A stretch of 53,572 nt of DNA from a virus (lineage: Duplodnaviria; Caudoviricetes), in IMG/VR virus record IMGVR_UViG_3300045957_000057, positions 1 through 53,572 of that record, one strand, 5' to 3'. This document shows, in pieces, positions 9,251 through 18,828 of the stretch. The notes beneath the pieces are model-generated. The model searched no databases, was not told the DNA's origin, and saw only the letters and a program-made list of their open reading frames with translations. The translations under genes and the position numbers were made by a program. Each line of letters starts with the position of its first letter. Position 1 is the stretch's first letter.

Positions 9251-10336
9251 ATGCTCCGGCTGACCGCTCCGATCGACCGCCCGTACCGGATCGCCGTCGA
9301 CGCCGCGGTCGACGATGGGTCGCTCGCTGTGCAGATCACGGCGCCGGACACGACGACGAGCAGCCCAGCGCTGACCGTCGCCGGCGCCCGGCACGTCGCC
9401 TCGATCACTCCGGATCAGCTCGGCACACACACGATCGAGATCACAGCATCCGACGACCCGACGATCGTCGGCGAGAGCTTCGAGCTGATCGTCTCACAGC
9501 TCGGCGAAGCCGATCTCGTCTTCGATCACACGACGACCGAGACGCCCTGCGGTGAGCAGCTGCTTCGCTGGCCATGCCCGCATCTGGGAGCGCTCGACTG
9601 CATCGACGAATACTCGCCAGAGTCCGTGCGCCGGTGGATGAGCATCGCCGCCGGCAAGATGTACCGAGACGCCGCCGCCCGGTTTCCCGGCTGCCACATG
9701 TACTTGCGGCTCCGACCGAAGATCTCCGGAGCGTGTCTCGTGCCGACACCGGGCGGTCATCACGGCTTCGATCTGTTCGAGACCGTCCGCTATCCGGTGC
9801 TGGAGCTCCTCGAGGTCGAGACCGAGGGCACGGCCTCCGATCCGGCCGACTGGACGATCGAGCAGCAGCGGTGGCTCGTGCCGGCCGACGGCGTCAGCTG
9901 GCCGGTCCAAGACTGGGACGGCGATCTCGCTGGGCCGCGCACGTGGTCCGTGCTCGTCCGTGCCGGCCGCCGGCCGCCGCCGCTCGTCGTCAGAGCCCGA
10001 GACATGTGGGCGCTCGCGATGATCATCCGCACCGAGCCGACGACAAGCGGCTCGATGGCTTGCCGGATGCCGGACGGCACGACGCAGCTCAGCGAGAACG
10101 GCCGGACGATGCGACTCGACCCGGACATCGCTGGCGCTGCGCTGCACGCCGAGCTGGTTCGAGAGTGGGGAGCGAAGCCGTGGGATCTGTCCGGCATTCA
10201 CGACCCGGCCGAGCCGACCGCCCGCGGGTCACGCACCGCCCGAGTCGTGCCCGGCGATCAGACGCCGACATCGCACCGGCTGTTTCTCGGCTCCGGCTGT
10301 GATCTGACCGCCGAACTCGCAGCGCTCGCACCCTGA
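9251..10336 (+). CDS. Head-to-tail adaptor
   Basis: GR.PP...A, CR.P..TTQ.S..G.T pattern; synteny. Confidence 0.6.
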   Translation: MLRLTAPIDRPYRIAVDAAVDDGSLAVQITAPDTTTSSPALTVAGARHVASITPDQLGTHTIEITASDDPTIVGESFELIVSQLGEADLVFDHTTTETPCGEQLLRWPCPHLGALDCIDEYSPESVRRWMSIAAGKMYRDAAARFPGCHMYLRLRPKISGACLVPTPGGHHGFDLFETVRYPVLELLEVETEGTASDPADWTIEQQRWLVPADGVSWPVQDWDGDLAGPRTWSVLVRAGRRPPPLVVRARDMWALAMIIRTEPTTSGSMACRMPDGTTQLSENGRTMRLDPDIAGAALHAELVREWGAKPWDLSGIHDPAEPTARGSRTARVVPGDQTPTSHRLFLGSGCDLTAELAALAP

Positions 10337-10785
10337 TGGCCAGCGTGCAGGCTCAGCTGCTCGCCGAGTTCGACGCCGACCTGCTCGCCGGCGCCGCGGC
10401 CGTCGCGGATGACTACGTGCAGCGAGTCCGGTCGTCGTCGGCCACGCCGAGAGACACCGGCAAGCTGGCCGACGGCATCATCGCCGACCCGCCTCGAGGC
10501 TCGACTGGGCGAGTCACGGTCACCGTCCGCTCGACCCGCCGGTCAGACGCCGGCGCTGACATCGGCACGATCCTCGATCAGTCGACCGGCCGGCTCGTCA
10601 CGGCCGAGTCGAAGGGACATCGAGCGTTCGGCCCGATCCGGCCGCCCGTGCCCGTCGCCGGCGGCTCGACTGCGTGGCTGCCGCACTTCCGAGTGACGAC
10701 CGCTCACGTCGGATGGTGGGAAGCAGCGAACCCGGAGGCGACGCTCCGTACGGCGTCACAGCAGCTTGCTAGGTTCGATCTGTGA
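10336..10785 (+). CDS. Neck/tail-completion protein
   Basis: TPRDTGKL motif typical of HK97-gp10-like proteins; synteny. Confidence 0.55.
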   Translation: MASVQAQLLAEFDADLLAGAAAVADDYVQRVRSSSATPRDTGKLADGIIADPPRGSTGRVTVTVRSTRRSDAGADIGTILDQSTGRLVTAESKGHRAFGPIRPPVPVAGGSTAWLPHFRVTTAHVGWWEAANPEATLRTASQQLARFDL

Positions 10786-11072
10786 CTACTCCGCATGTAC
10801 ACGAGCCGAACGTCATGATCGCATCCCTGCCGCCGCTGTGGCCGGACAGCTGGCCGGCGCCGGCCGAGTGCGTCTCGATGCTGCCGCACACCGGTGATCA
10901 TCCGACGGTTGTGCTCGCCGACATCATGGCCGCCGGCGAGCTGTTCGCCGCCGCCGGCTACGATCCGGACGTGCTGCTCTTCGCTCAAGCCGCCGTGGTC
11001 GCCGGCCGACAGTTCCGGTCGACGGCCGAGATCCTGATCGAGATCTCGAACGCCGCGGGCGGGCCGGGCTGA
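10782..11072 (+). CDS. Hypothetical protein
   Basis: Coupled ORF in the operon. Confidence 0.5.
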   Translation: MTTPHVHEPNVMIASLPPLWPDSWPAPAECVSMLPHTGDHPTVVLADIMAAGELFAAAGYDPDVLLFAQAAVVAGRQFRSTAEILIEISNAAGGPG

Positions 11073-11626
11073 TGCCGGTCACACGCCGTCAGGCGCTCTG
11101 CTGCTTGCTCGACTCGGTCGAGGCCGTTCGAGCAGCTGATCCGGTGCTCGGCGTCGAAGAGCACGAGTACCGGCACCGCTACCCGTCGACCGAGCTGACA
11201 TGGCCGTACTGCCAGCACGACGCCGTCGTCGGCCGAGCGATCGAGCCGACGACCGTGCCGCCGGCGTATCTGCAGCTGCCGGAGTCGAACGATCCGCAGA
11301 CGACCGGACGCGTCTGGTTCGACCGCTTCGAGATCGACGTCGTGCGTTGCGGCCCGCCGGCTCCGACCGGCGACGGCTGTCTCGGTGATCTGTACGGCGA
11401 CTGCAGCTCGCCGCCGTCGCACGGCACGCTCGCCGGTCATCACGAGCTGCTAGAGATCGAACTCGAGGCTCTGCGTGCGCAGCTGCTCGACCGGTGGTGC
11501 TCGTGTCTCGTCGATCTCGGTGCCGGCTACGCACGGCATGCGCCTCGGTGGATCGAGACGCTGGCCAGAGTGACCGGTGGGCGGTTCACCGCGAACCGCA
11601 TCATCGTCGGCACGCGCCTCGGCTGA
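11072..11626 (+). CDS. Putative tail terminator
   Basis: Cys-rich, IDVVRC motif; precedes tail chaperones. Confidence 0.5.
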   Translation: MPVTRRQALCCLLDSVEAVRAADPVLGVEEHEYRHRYPSTELTWPYCQHDAVVGRAIEPTTVPPAYLQLPESNDPQTTGRVWFDRFEIDVVRCGPPAPTGDGCLGDLYGDCSSPPSHGTLAGHHELLEIELEALRAQLLDRWCSCLVDLGAGYARHAPRWIETLARVTGGRFTANRIIVGTRLG

Positions 11627-11642
11627 GCTACGCTCGGCCGTC

Positions 11643-12284
11643 ATGAGCAGCCACATCTCAGACGAGCCCGAACTCGGCGGTCAGCACGCGCCGGCACACC
11701 GATCGGCCGGAGCACCGACCGGCCCACCGAGGAACGGGGCGACCGACCCGCCGCCGCCGGTCGATCCGAAGCTACTCGACGACTACGAGCAGTTTCAGGC
11801 GTGGAAGGCGATGCGTGCCGAGGCCGCAGCGGCGAACGACGGGCTGTCTGACGACGGCGACTCGGCGCTCGATCCGTTCTCGTTCAAGCTCCGCATCCGC
11901 GACGGCGAGACGGTGCACGAGTTCACGACTGTCGACGTCACCGACGAGAACGTGCTCGCACATCTGCAGGTGCTCGTCACGTTCGCCGAGTCCGACACCG
12001 ATCGGGCCGCGGCCGTCTTCGAGGCCGTGCTCGGCTCGATCGAGTACGTGCGGCTGCAGAAGATGATCAAGCCGATGCTGCGCCGCATCGAAGCGGCACA
12101 CGCCGCAGACCCCGACAACTGCCCGTCAGTGCTTGAGACGTGGCAGAACATGATCTCGACCGTCGCGAAGCCGATCCAGGAGCTTGCGTCTGACCCAAAA
12201 CGGCTCGACTCGCTGCGTGGGCGCTCCAGCACTGGACGCTCGTCGAAGACCGGCTCGCCGCCCGCGGCACTTCCGTCGAGCTAG
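11643..12284 (+). CDS. Tail assembly chaperone (G)
   Basis: Upstream of tape measure; contains slippery site. Confidence 0.75.
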   Translation: MSSHISDEPELGGQHAPAHRSAGAPTGPPRNGATDPPPPVDPKLLDDYEQFQAWKAMRAEAAAANDGLSDDGDSALDPFSFKLRIRDGETVHEFTTVDVTDENVLAHLQVLVTFAESDTDRAAAVFEAVLGSIEYVRLQKMIKPMLRRIEAAHAADPDNCPSVLETWQNMISTVAKPIQELASDPKRLDSLRGRSSTGRSSKTGSPPAALPSS

Positions 12285-12601
12285 TCAACGTCCGCCGGTT
12301 CTACGTGCACGTGCTGGAGCTGTTCATCGAGCATCACACGCTGCCCGTCGACCTGGCCCGACAGACGATCGAAGAGCAGCGGCGCAGAATCCTGTTCGAG
12401 CTTGAGTCTCCGCTGCCGTCAGCGTCGCCAGAATCGCCCACACGGGCCGCCGGGCCGGTCTCGGAGGCAGACAGGCTACGGCAGCGTCTCGCAGCGCTAC
12501 AGAAGCAGATGTCGGTCGAGCGCTCCGGCGAACGCCGGCTCGCGATCCGAGACCAGACGATCGACCTCGCCCGCCGCATCCGAGATCTCGAAGCCGACTA
12601 A
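12194..12601 (+). CDS. Tail assembly chaperone extension (GT) via programmed -1 frameshift at C CCA AAA
   Basis: X XXY YYZ heptamer at 12194-12200; the -1 frame reads KTARLAAWALQHW... open into ORF 12305..12601. Confidence 0.8.
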   Translation, partial: PKTARLAAWALQHWTLVEDRLAARGTSVELVNVRRFYVHVLELFIEHHTLPVDLARQTIEEQRRRILFELESPLPSASPESPTRAAGPVSEADRLRQRLAALQKQMSVERSGERRLAIRDQTIDLARRIRDLEAD

Positions 12602-12628
12602 CCTACGGCCGCGGCGCATCATACACCG

Positions 12629-15600
12629 GTGACCGTCGAGCGAGTAGTCGAGATCGACTTTCGGGCCCAGCGAGCCCGCTCCGAGCTGTCGAGCTTCGGT
12701 GCCGAAGTCGACTCGCTGATCCGGAAGCTGTCAGACGTCTCGCTTGTGCTCACCGTCGACGACGGACAGCTGCGAGGCATCAGCAGCGCTATCGACTCGA
12801 TCGACACCGTCGTCGAGATCGATCTCTCGGTCAACGACAGCGAAGTCGACGATGCCTTCGACTCGGTCGCAGCGCTCGACGGGCTCACACCGTCAGTCGA
12901 TCTCGAAGTGAACACCGGCGACGTCTCGGCCGCCGTCGACGAGCTGAACCGGCTCGACGCCGACGTCGGCGGCACCGTCACGATCGACGACTCGGACATC
13001 ACGAGAGCGATCACCGGCGTCGGAGAGCTGACGTCAGCGCTCGGCAATCTCGACGGCACCGTGACGATCGACCTTGGAGACATCGACGAGGCGACCGCAG
13101 CACTCAACGATCTCGACGGCTTCACCGCCCGAGCGTCGGTGGAGCTCGACGACAGCGAGATCGACACAGCACTCGACCGTCTCGAGGATCTGAACTCGGC
13201 GGTTTCGTCGACGATCACGCTCAACGACTCGGAACTCGACGCAGCGATCCGCAAGGCGAACGACTTTCCCGACCCGATCGACACCGAGATCTCGGTCGAC
13301 GACTCGGCGCTGTCGAACGCCGCCGGACTCGTCGCCGGCGGCACGCTCGCCGGCGGTGTCGCAGCCGGATTCTCGCAGGCGCTCGATCTCGGAGCGACGA
13401 CGGATCTCGTGACAGCGCAGCTCGGACTCACGACCGAGGCCGCCGCTCAAGCCGGCGACGTCGCCGCCAACGTCTACGCCGGAGCGTGGGGCGAGTCCGT
13501 CGGACAAGTCGGCGAGGCGCTGACCGCTGTCGGCCAGAACATCACCGATCTGAACACCGTCGGCGAGGCCGAGCTGCAAGGGCTGACGACTCGGTCGCTC
13601 GATCTCGCCAAGGCGCTCGACGAGGACGTCGGCGGCGTCACTCGATCCGTCGGTCAGCTGATCCGCACCGGACTCGCCGAAGACGCAAACGAAGCGTTCG
13701 ACATTCTCGCCACCGGACTGCAGACCGGAGCGAACCGCGGGCAAGATCTGCTCGACACATTCAACGAGTACGGCACCTCGTTTCAGGGTCTCGGTCTCGA
13801 CGCCAACGACGCTCTGACGATCTTGAACAACGGGCTCGACGCCGGCGTCGATAACACCGATCGCATAGCGGACGGGCTCCGCGAGTTCCGCATCCGGGTA
13901 CAAGACGGCACGACCGCCGGCATCGAGGGCTTCGACAAGCTCGGCATCTCGGCCGGCGAGCTTGAGTCGGCAATCGGCGCCGGCGGACCGGCGGCCCGAG
14001 CAGCGTTTCAGCAAGTCGTGCAAGGGCTGCAGTCGATCGAAGATCCGGTCGAGCGCGACCGGATCGCATTCCAGCTCTTCGGCACCCAGCTGGAGGACTT
14101 CGGCGTCAACGCCGGCGATGTCTTCGACACGACGGCGAACGCGATCGGCGATGTGTCCGGCGCGGCCGAGCAGCTGGGCAACGATCTGAACGACAACGCG
14201 GCCACTCGGATCGAGGAATTCAAGCGGACGGCGTTGCTCGGGCTGACCGAGTTCGTCGGCAACGCCGTGATCCCGGCCGTCGAGGGGCTGATCGAAGTCT
14301 TCGGCCCTGGGCTCCGGTCAGCGTTCGAGACCGTGCGCCCCTTCATCGAGACCTTCATCCAGAGCTTCGAGACACTGCGAGCCGGATTTCAGACCGGCGA
14401 GTTCTTCGGCGGCGGCGGCATCTTCGACGTGATGAACGCCATCGGCGTCGCAGCTCGCGAAGTCGTCGATCAGATCGAGCAGCTGATCCCGACCATCGTC
14501 GAGCTGGCCGGGGCGTTCGTCGCCGGCGTGCTGCCCGGTCTACTCGAAGTCGTCGGCACGATCGCAGCGACCGTCGTACCGGCGCTGCTCGACGTCGGTG
14601 CCGTCATCGTCGACGACGTGCTGCCGGTTGTGCTCGATCTCGCCGGCACGTTCGTCTCGGACGTGCTGCCGGTGCTCGCACAGTTCGCCGGATTCATCAT
14701 CGAGAACGTCGTGCCGGTCGTCGCTGAGATCGTCGGTGCCGTCGCTCGCTTCCTCGGAGTGCTCAACGAAGCGAAGATCCTGCTGCCGATCATCGTCGGC
14801 GCGCTCGCCGTGGTTCTCGGCCCATTCACACTGCTCGGCGGCGCCGTCGTCGCTCTCGTCACTGGGTTGATCCTGCTGTACAACCGCTTCGAGCTGGTCC
14901 GCACAATCGTCGGCATCGTCGGCGACGTGCTCGGCTTCCTGTTCGGTCTGCTCGGCGACATCATCGTCGGCATCATCGACTTCGGCTCGGCGATCGTGGG
15001 CTTCCTGATCGACCCGCTGTCAGCGCTCGGCGGTGTGCTCGATGTCGTCGGCGCGGCGTTCGGGCTGCTCGCCGATGTCGTGACCGCCGTCTTCGGCGTG
15101 ATCGTCGACGTCGTCGGCGCCGGCATCGGCTTCGTCGTCGATCTGTTCACCGGAGCCGGCGACTCGATCGGCGGCGCATGGTCCGCACTGTGGGACGGGC
15201 TGCTCGCCGTCGTCTCGACCGTCTTCGGTCTCGTCGGCGATGTCATCTCGGCAGGCATCGACTTCATCGTCGGACTGTTCGGCGGTGTCGCCGGCGCCGT
15301 CGGCGATGCGTGGTCCGCCGTGTGGGATCTCGTCACCGACGTCGCTCAGACCGGCCTCGACAACCTTGGCTCGATCGTCGAACTCGGACTCAACATCCTG
15401 ACGACGATCTTCGACACCGTGCTCGGTCTGCTCGGCGCCGCATGGTCGCTCTACTGGGACACGATTACCGCCGTCGTCGGCGCAGCGCTCGACGCCGTCG
15501 GCGCCGTCGTGGAACTCGGCCTCGAGATCGTGACGACGATCTTCGAGACGTGGTTCGCCGTCGTCTCGGCCGTCTGGGGCTTCTTCTGGGATGCGCTCTC

Positions 15601-17347
15601 GGCCGTCGTCGGTGTCGCTCTCGACGTCGTCGGCGCTGCGCTCGATCTCGGTCTCGCCGTGCTGACGGGCATCGTCGAGAGCGTGCTCGACGGTCTCGCC
15701 GTCGTCTGGGATCTGTTCTGGACCGGACTCTCGGCGATCGTCGAGCTGTACATCGGAATCGTCTCGACCGTCGTGCAGACCGGACTCGATGCGGTGTCGG
15801 CAATCTTCGACACCGTCGTCGGCATCGTCACCGCAGCGTGGGATCTGTTCTGGTCCGGACTCGTCACCGTCGTCGAGACGTACATCGCTCTCGTCACCGC
15901 AGCGATCGACGTCGGACTCGCCGTGATCTCGACGATCTTCGAGACGATCACCGGAGCTGTGCAAGCGGTCTGGGACTTCTTCTGGCAGCAGCTCGTGCAG
16001 ACCGTCGACTTCTATGTCGGTCTCGTTTCGGCAGCGATCGATCTCGGTCTCGCTGTGCTGACCGCTGTCTTCGAGACGGCCGCGGCCGTCATCACCGGCG
16101 TGTGGGATCTGCTGTGGGGCGGCATCCAGGCCGTCGCCGAGACCGTCATCGCTGCCGTGACGCTCGTCGTGCAGGGCTGGGCGATCATCCTCTCGGCAGC
16201 GTTCGAGGTGATCTCGGCCGTCGCCGGCGCCGTCTGGGACACGTTCTGGGCGACCGTGCAAGCCGTCGTCGACACCGTCATCGCTGTCGTCGTCGGTCTC
16301 GTCGACACCGGACTGAACAACGTGCGCACGATCTTCGAGACCGTGACCGGCATCGTGCAGACCGTCGTCTCGACAGCGTTCACAGCGATCCAGACGACGA
16401 TCTCGACCGTCATGTCGATCGTGAGCGGCATCGTCAGCTCGGTGCTCGGCACGATCCAGTCGACGTTCTCGTCGGTGCTGTCGGCGATCTCCGGTCTCGT
16501 GTCGACGATCTTCGGCACGATCCGGTCGAACATCTCGACGGCGATGTCGGCGATCTCGGCCATCGTCAGCTCGGTGCTCGGCATCATCCGGTCGACGTTC
16601 TCCGCCGTCTTCACCGCGATCCGCACCGTCGTCTCGACAGCCATGTCGAGCATCCGCACCGTGATCTCGGCCGGCATGGCAGTCGTGCGGAGCGTGATCA
16701 CGACCGCAGTCACGACGATCCAGCGAGTCTGGTCGACCGCATGGGGCGTCATCGAGCGAGTCGTCAACACCGCCCGCAGCGGCATCGACGCAGCCATGTC
16801 CGGCATCCGCCGAGCGATCGAAGCGCTGCTCGGCCCGATTCAGACCGTCGTCGACGGCTTCCGCCGGATCACGAACAACATCCCGAACTTCGGCTCGATC
16901 ACCTCCGGTCTCGGCGGCATCGATATCCCGTTCTTCGGCGCCGGCGGCGTCGTCGACGGTGCGACACTGCTCGTTGCCGGCGAGCGCGGCCGAGAGGCGA
17001 TCGTGCCGGACTATGCGAGCTTGACCGACATCAAGCGCATCCTCGGCCGCACGTCGATCCTCGACCGGCTCGCCGCCGACTTCTCGGCTCAGCAGCGAGC
17101 AGCGTTCTCGGCGTTCACTCAGCGCACCGAAGACGATCAGTCGCTCGGCGACCCCGGCGGCCGGTTCGGTGGAGCTCCACCGCCGCCGACGTTCGTCGAC
17201 AACTCGCAGCATCACTACGATCTCAAGATCGTCGACGGCTCCGGCACCGCAGCGTCGAAGCAGCGCACAGCGTCGGCCGTGCTCGGCGAGATCAAGCGCA
17301 AGCGACCGCCGCGCCGTCCGGCCGGCAGCTGGAGGGCCGCCCGGTGA
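12629..17347 (+). CDS. Tape measure protein
   Basis: 1572 aa; Ala/Gly-rich core; 11/22-residue Trp/Phe periodic repeats; follows chaperones. Confidence 0.93.
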   Translation: MTVERVVEIDFRAQRARSELSSFGAEVDSLIRKLSDVSLVLTVDDGQLRGISSAIDSIDTVVEIDLSVNDSEVDDAFDSVAALDGLTPSVDLEVNTGDVSAAVDELNRLDADVGGTVTIDDSDITRAITGVGELTSALGNLDGTVTIDLGDIDEATAALNDLDGFTARASVELDDSEIDTALDRLEDLNSAVSSTITLNDSELDAAIRKANDFPDPIDTEISVDDSALSNAAGLVAGGTLAGGVAAGFSQALDLGATTDLVTAQLGLTTEAAAQAGDVAANVYAGAWGESVGQVGEALTAVGQNITDLNTVGEAELQGLTTRSLDLAKALDEDVGGVTRSVGQLIRTGLAEDANEAFDILATGLQTGANRGQDLLDTFNEYGTSFQGLGLDANDALTILNNGLDAGVDNTDRIADGLREFRIRVQDGTTAGIEGFDKLGISAGELESAIGAGGPAARAAFQQVVQGLQSIEDPVERDRIAFQLFGTQLEDFGVNAGDVFDTTANAIGDVSGAAEQLGNDLNDNAATRIEEFKRTALLGLTEFVGNAVIPAVEGLIEVFGPGLRSAFETVRPFIETFIQSFETLRAGFQTGEFFGGGGIFDVMNAIGVAAREVVDQIEQLIPTIVELAGAFVAGVLPGLLEVVGTIAATVVPALLDVGAVIVDDVLPVVLDLAGTFVSDVLPVLAQFAGFIIENVVPVVAEIVGAVARFLGVLNEAKILLPIIVGALAVVLGPFTLLGGAVVALVTGLILLYNRFELVRTIVGIVGDVLGFLFGLLGDIIVGIIDFGSAIVGFLIDPLSALGGVLDVVGAAFGLLADVVTAVFGVIVDVVGAGIGFVVDLFTGAGDSIGGAWSALWDGLLAVVSTVFGLVGDVISAGIDFIVGLFGGVAGAVGDAWSAVWDLVTDVAQTGLDNLGSIVELGLNILTTIFDTVLGLLGAAWSLYWDTITAVVGAALDAVGAVVELGLEIVTTIFETWFAVVSAVWGFFWDALSAVVGVALDVVGAALDLGLAVLTGIVESVLDGLAVVWDLFWTGLSAIVELYIGIVSTVVQTGLDAVSAIFDTVVGIVTAAWDLFWSGLVTVVETYIALVTAAIDVGLAVISTIFETITGAVQAVWDFFWQQLVQTVDFYVGLVSAAIDLGLAVLTAVFETAAAVITGVWDLLWGGIQAVAETVIAAVTLVVQGWAIILSAAFEVISAVAGAVWDTFWATVQAVVDTVIAVVVGLVDTGLNNVRTIFETVTGIVQTVVSTAFTAIQTTISTVMSIVSGIVSSVLGTIQSTFSSVLSAISGLVSTIFGTIRSNISTAMSAISAIVSSVLGIIRSTFSAVFTAIRTVVSTAMSSIRTVISAGMAVVRSVITTAVTTIQRVWSTAWGVIERVVNTARSGIDAAMSGIRRAIEALLGPIQTVVDGFRRITNNIPNFGSITSGLGGIDIPFFGAGGVVDGATLLVAGERGREAIVPDYASLTDIKRILGRTSILDRLAADFSAQQRAAFSAFTQRTEDDQSLGDPGGRFGGAPPPPTFVDNSQHHYDLKIVDGSGTAASKQRTASAVLGEIKRKRPPRRPAGSWRAAR

Positions 17348-18828
17348 GGCATCTGCTCGGTTACCTGCATCTCGAGGATCTGACCGGCCAGTGCGTCGAG
17401 CTGATCAACGGCGCACGGACCGCAGCACTCATCGACCGGGCACGGCAGAACCCGACCGGCGCCGACGGCTGCCGAGTGCACGAGCACTGGGACGAGCGAC
17501 CGCTCTCCGGTGAGCGTGTCTGGTTCGGCAATGACATCTGGGCTTTCAACTCCGGCCAGTACGGCGCCGACTCGGCGCTGTGGGACGACCCGCTCGGCGA
17601 GCAAGATCTCAACCCGTGGGAAGACACCGACAACCCAGCGACGGCCGAGGTCGCCGGCTTCCTGCCGGACGCTCCCGGCCCCGGCCTCGGTCTCGTGCTC
17701 GAAGCGCCGACCGAAGCACGAGTCATGGAGTCGAGCCGAGTCGAGCCGCTAGAGCTGGTCGTCACCGGCACCGTCGTCGCCGGCACGAGCCGCGGCGAGT
17801 CGGCGTACCTGCAGTGGCTCAACCGAGTGCTGACCGACCCCTACACGTTCCGCACCGGTTGGAAGGCGACCGTCTTCACTCACTGCCCGGACGAGACGGT
17901 CTGGGATCCGATCACCGATCCGTTCGATCTGCCGCCGGACCCGAACGGCGCTCCGACGTACCCGCCGACGTGGGACGACCCGGCGCCGGACGTCCTCGAG
18001 GAGTGGGCCGGCGCGACACCGTGGCCGCTCGACTCGGCGATCTGGCAGCTGTTCGACGTGCGCTTCGTGTCGATCGACCCGCTCAACGATCAACCGCTGT
18101 TCCCGCACGCCGTCGGCCGCCGCTACGCCATCCGGTTCGCCGTCGGCCGGCACAACGTGTACGACCGGCCTCGGACGCTCGCGACGCTCGGCGGAACCGG
18201 CGAGTGGGTCACCGGCGAGTCGTACTCGAACCCCCTTGAAGTCGGCGATCCGGTCGAGACCGTCGATCAGTTCGATCTCGGGCCGCCCGGTGTCGCTGTG
18301 CCGCTCCGGCCCGGCCGGCAGTCCGGACTCATCGCCGGCCCCGGCCGGTGGTCGCTGCCCGAGTCGTGCATGCGAGAGGCTGCGCTCACACCACCGCGAG
18401 CGGTCACGCTCCGAGATCAGATGATCGTCGAGATCCACAACCCGTCAGCGGTCAGCTGGGTCTACAACGCACGAGTGCGGTTCTGGAAGGCGTATGTCGG
18501 CTTCGCACCGCCGAACACCGCTGTCGGCGACCAGTTCTATCGAGATCTCGAACCGGCGGCCGAGCTGCGGATCATCAAGATCGGCCCCGGCGAAACGCTG
18601 GAGTACGACGGCCGCACGAAGCGAGTCACGCTCAAGCGGCCCGGCATCATCGAAGACGTCGTGCCCGGCCGGATCGTCGGCCGATCCGGCAGTCGTGTCG
18701 AACCACCGCCGCTTGAGTGCAACAACCGCTACTGGGTCGGGGTCGAGCTGTCGACCGACTCGGGCTCGTACGGTGATCTCGATCTCGAAGTGACCGTACG
18801 AGGAGCGATGGAGATGATCCCGACATGA
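17344..18828 (+). CDS. Distal tail / minor tail protein
   Basis: GTGA overlap with tape measure stop; real part of the 1216-aa listed ORF (ELING.RT.A motif). Confidence 0.7.
   Translation: MRHLLGYLHLEDLTGQCVELINGARTAALIDRARQNPTGADGCRVHEHWDERPLSGERVWFGNDIWAFNSGQYGADSALWDDPLGEQDLNPWEDTDNPATAEVAGFLPDAPGPGLGLVLEAPTEARVMESSRVEPLELVVTGTVVAGTSRGESAYLQWLNRVLTDPYTFRTGWKATVFTHCPDETVWDPITDPFDLPPDPNGAPTYPPTWDDPAPDVLEEWAGATPWPLDSAIWQLFDVRFVSIDPLNDQPLFPHAVGRRYAIRFAVGRHNVYDRPRTLATLGGTGEWVTGESYSNPLEVGDPVETVDQFDLGPPGVAVPLRPGRQSGLIAGPGRWSLPESCMREAALTPPRAVTLRDQMIVEIHNPSAVSWVYNARVRFWKAYVGFAPPNTAVGDQFYRDLEPAAELRIIKIGPGETLEYDGRTKRVTLKRPGIIEDVVPGRIVGRSGSRVEPPPLECNNRYWVGVELSTDSGSYGDLDLEVTVRGAMEMIPT

Noticed and set aside
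15178-17343. 5' part of the 1216-aa ORF, and the many long Arg-rich or antisense ORFs
   Set aside because: Shadow frames of high-GC genes; the real gene starts at GTG 17344
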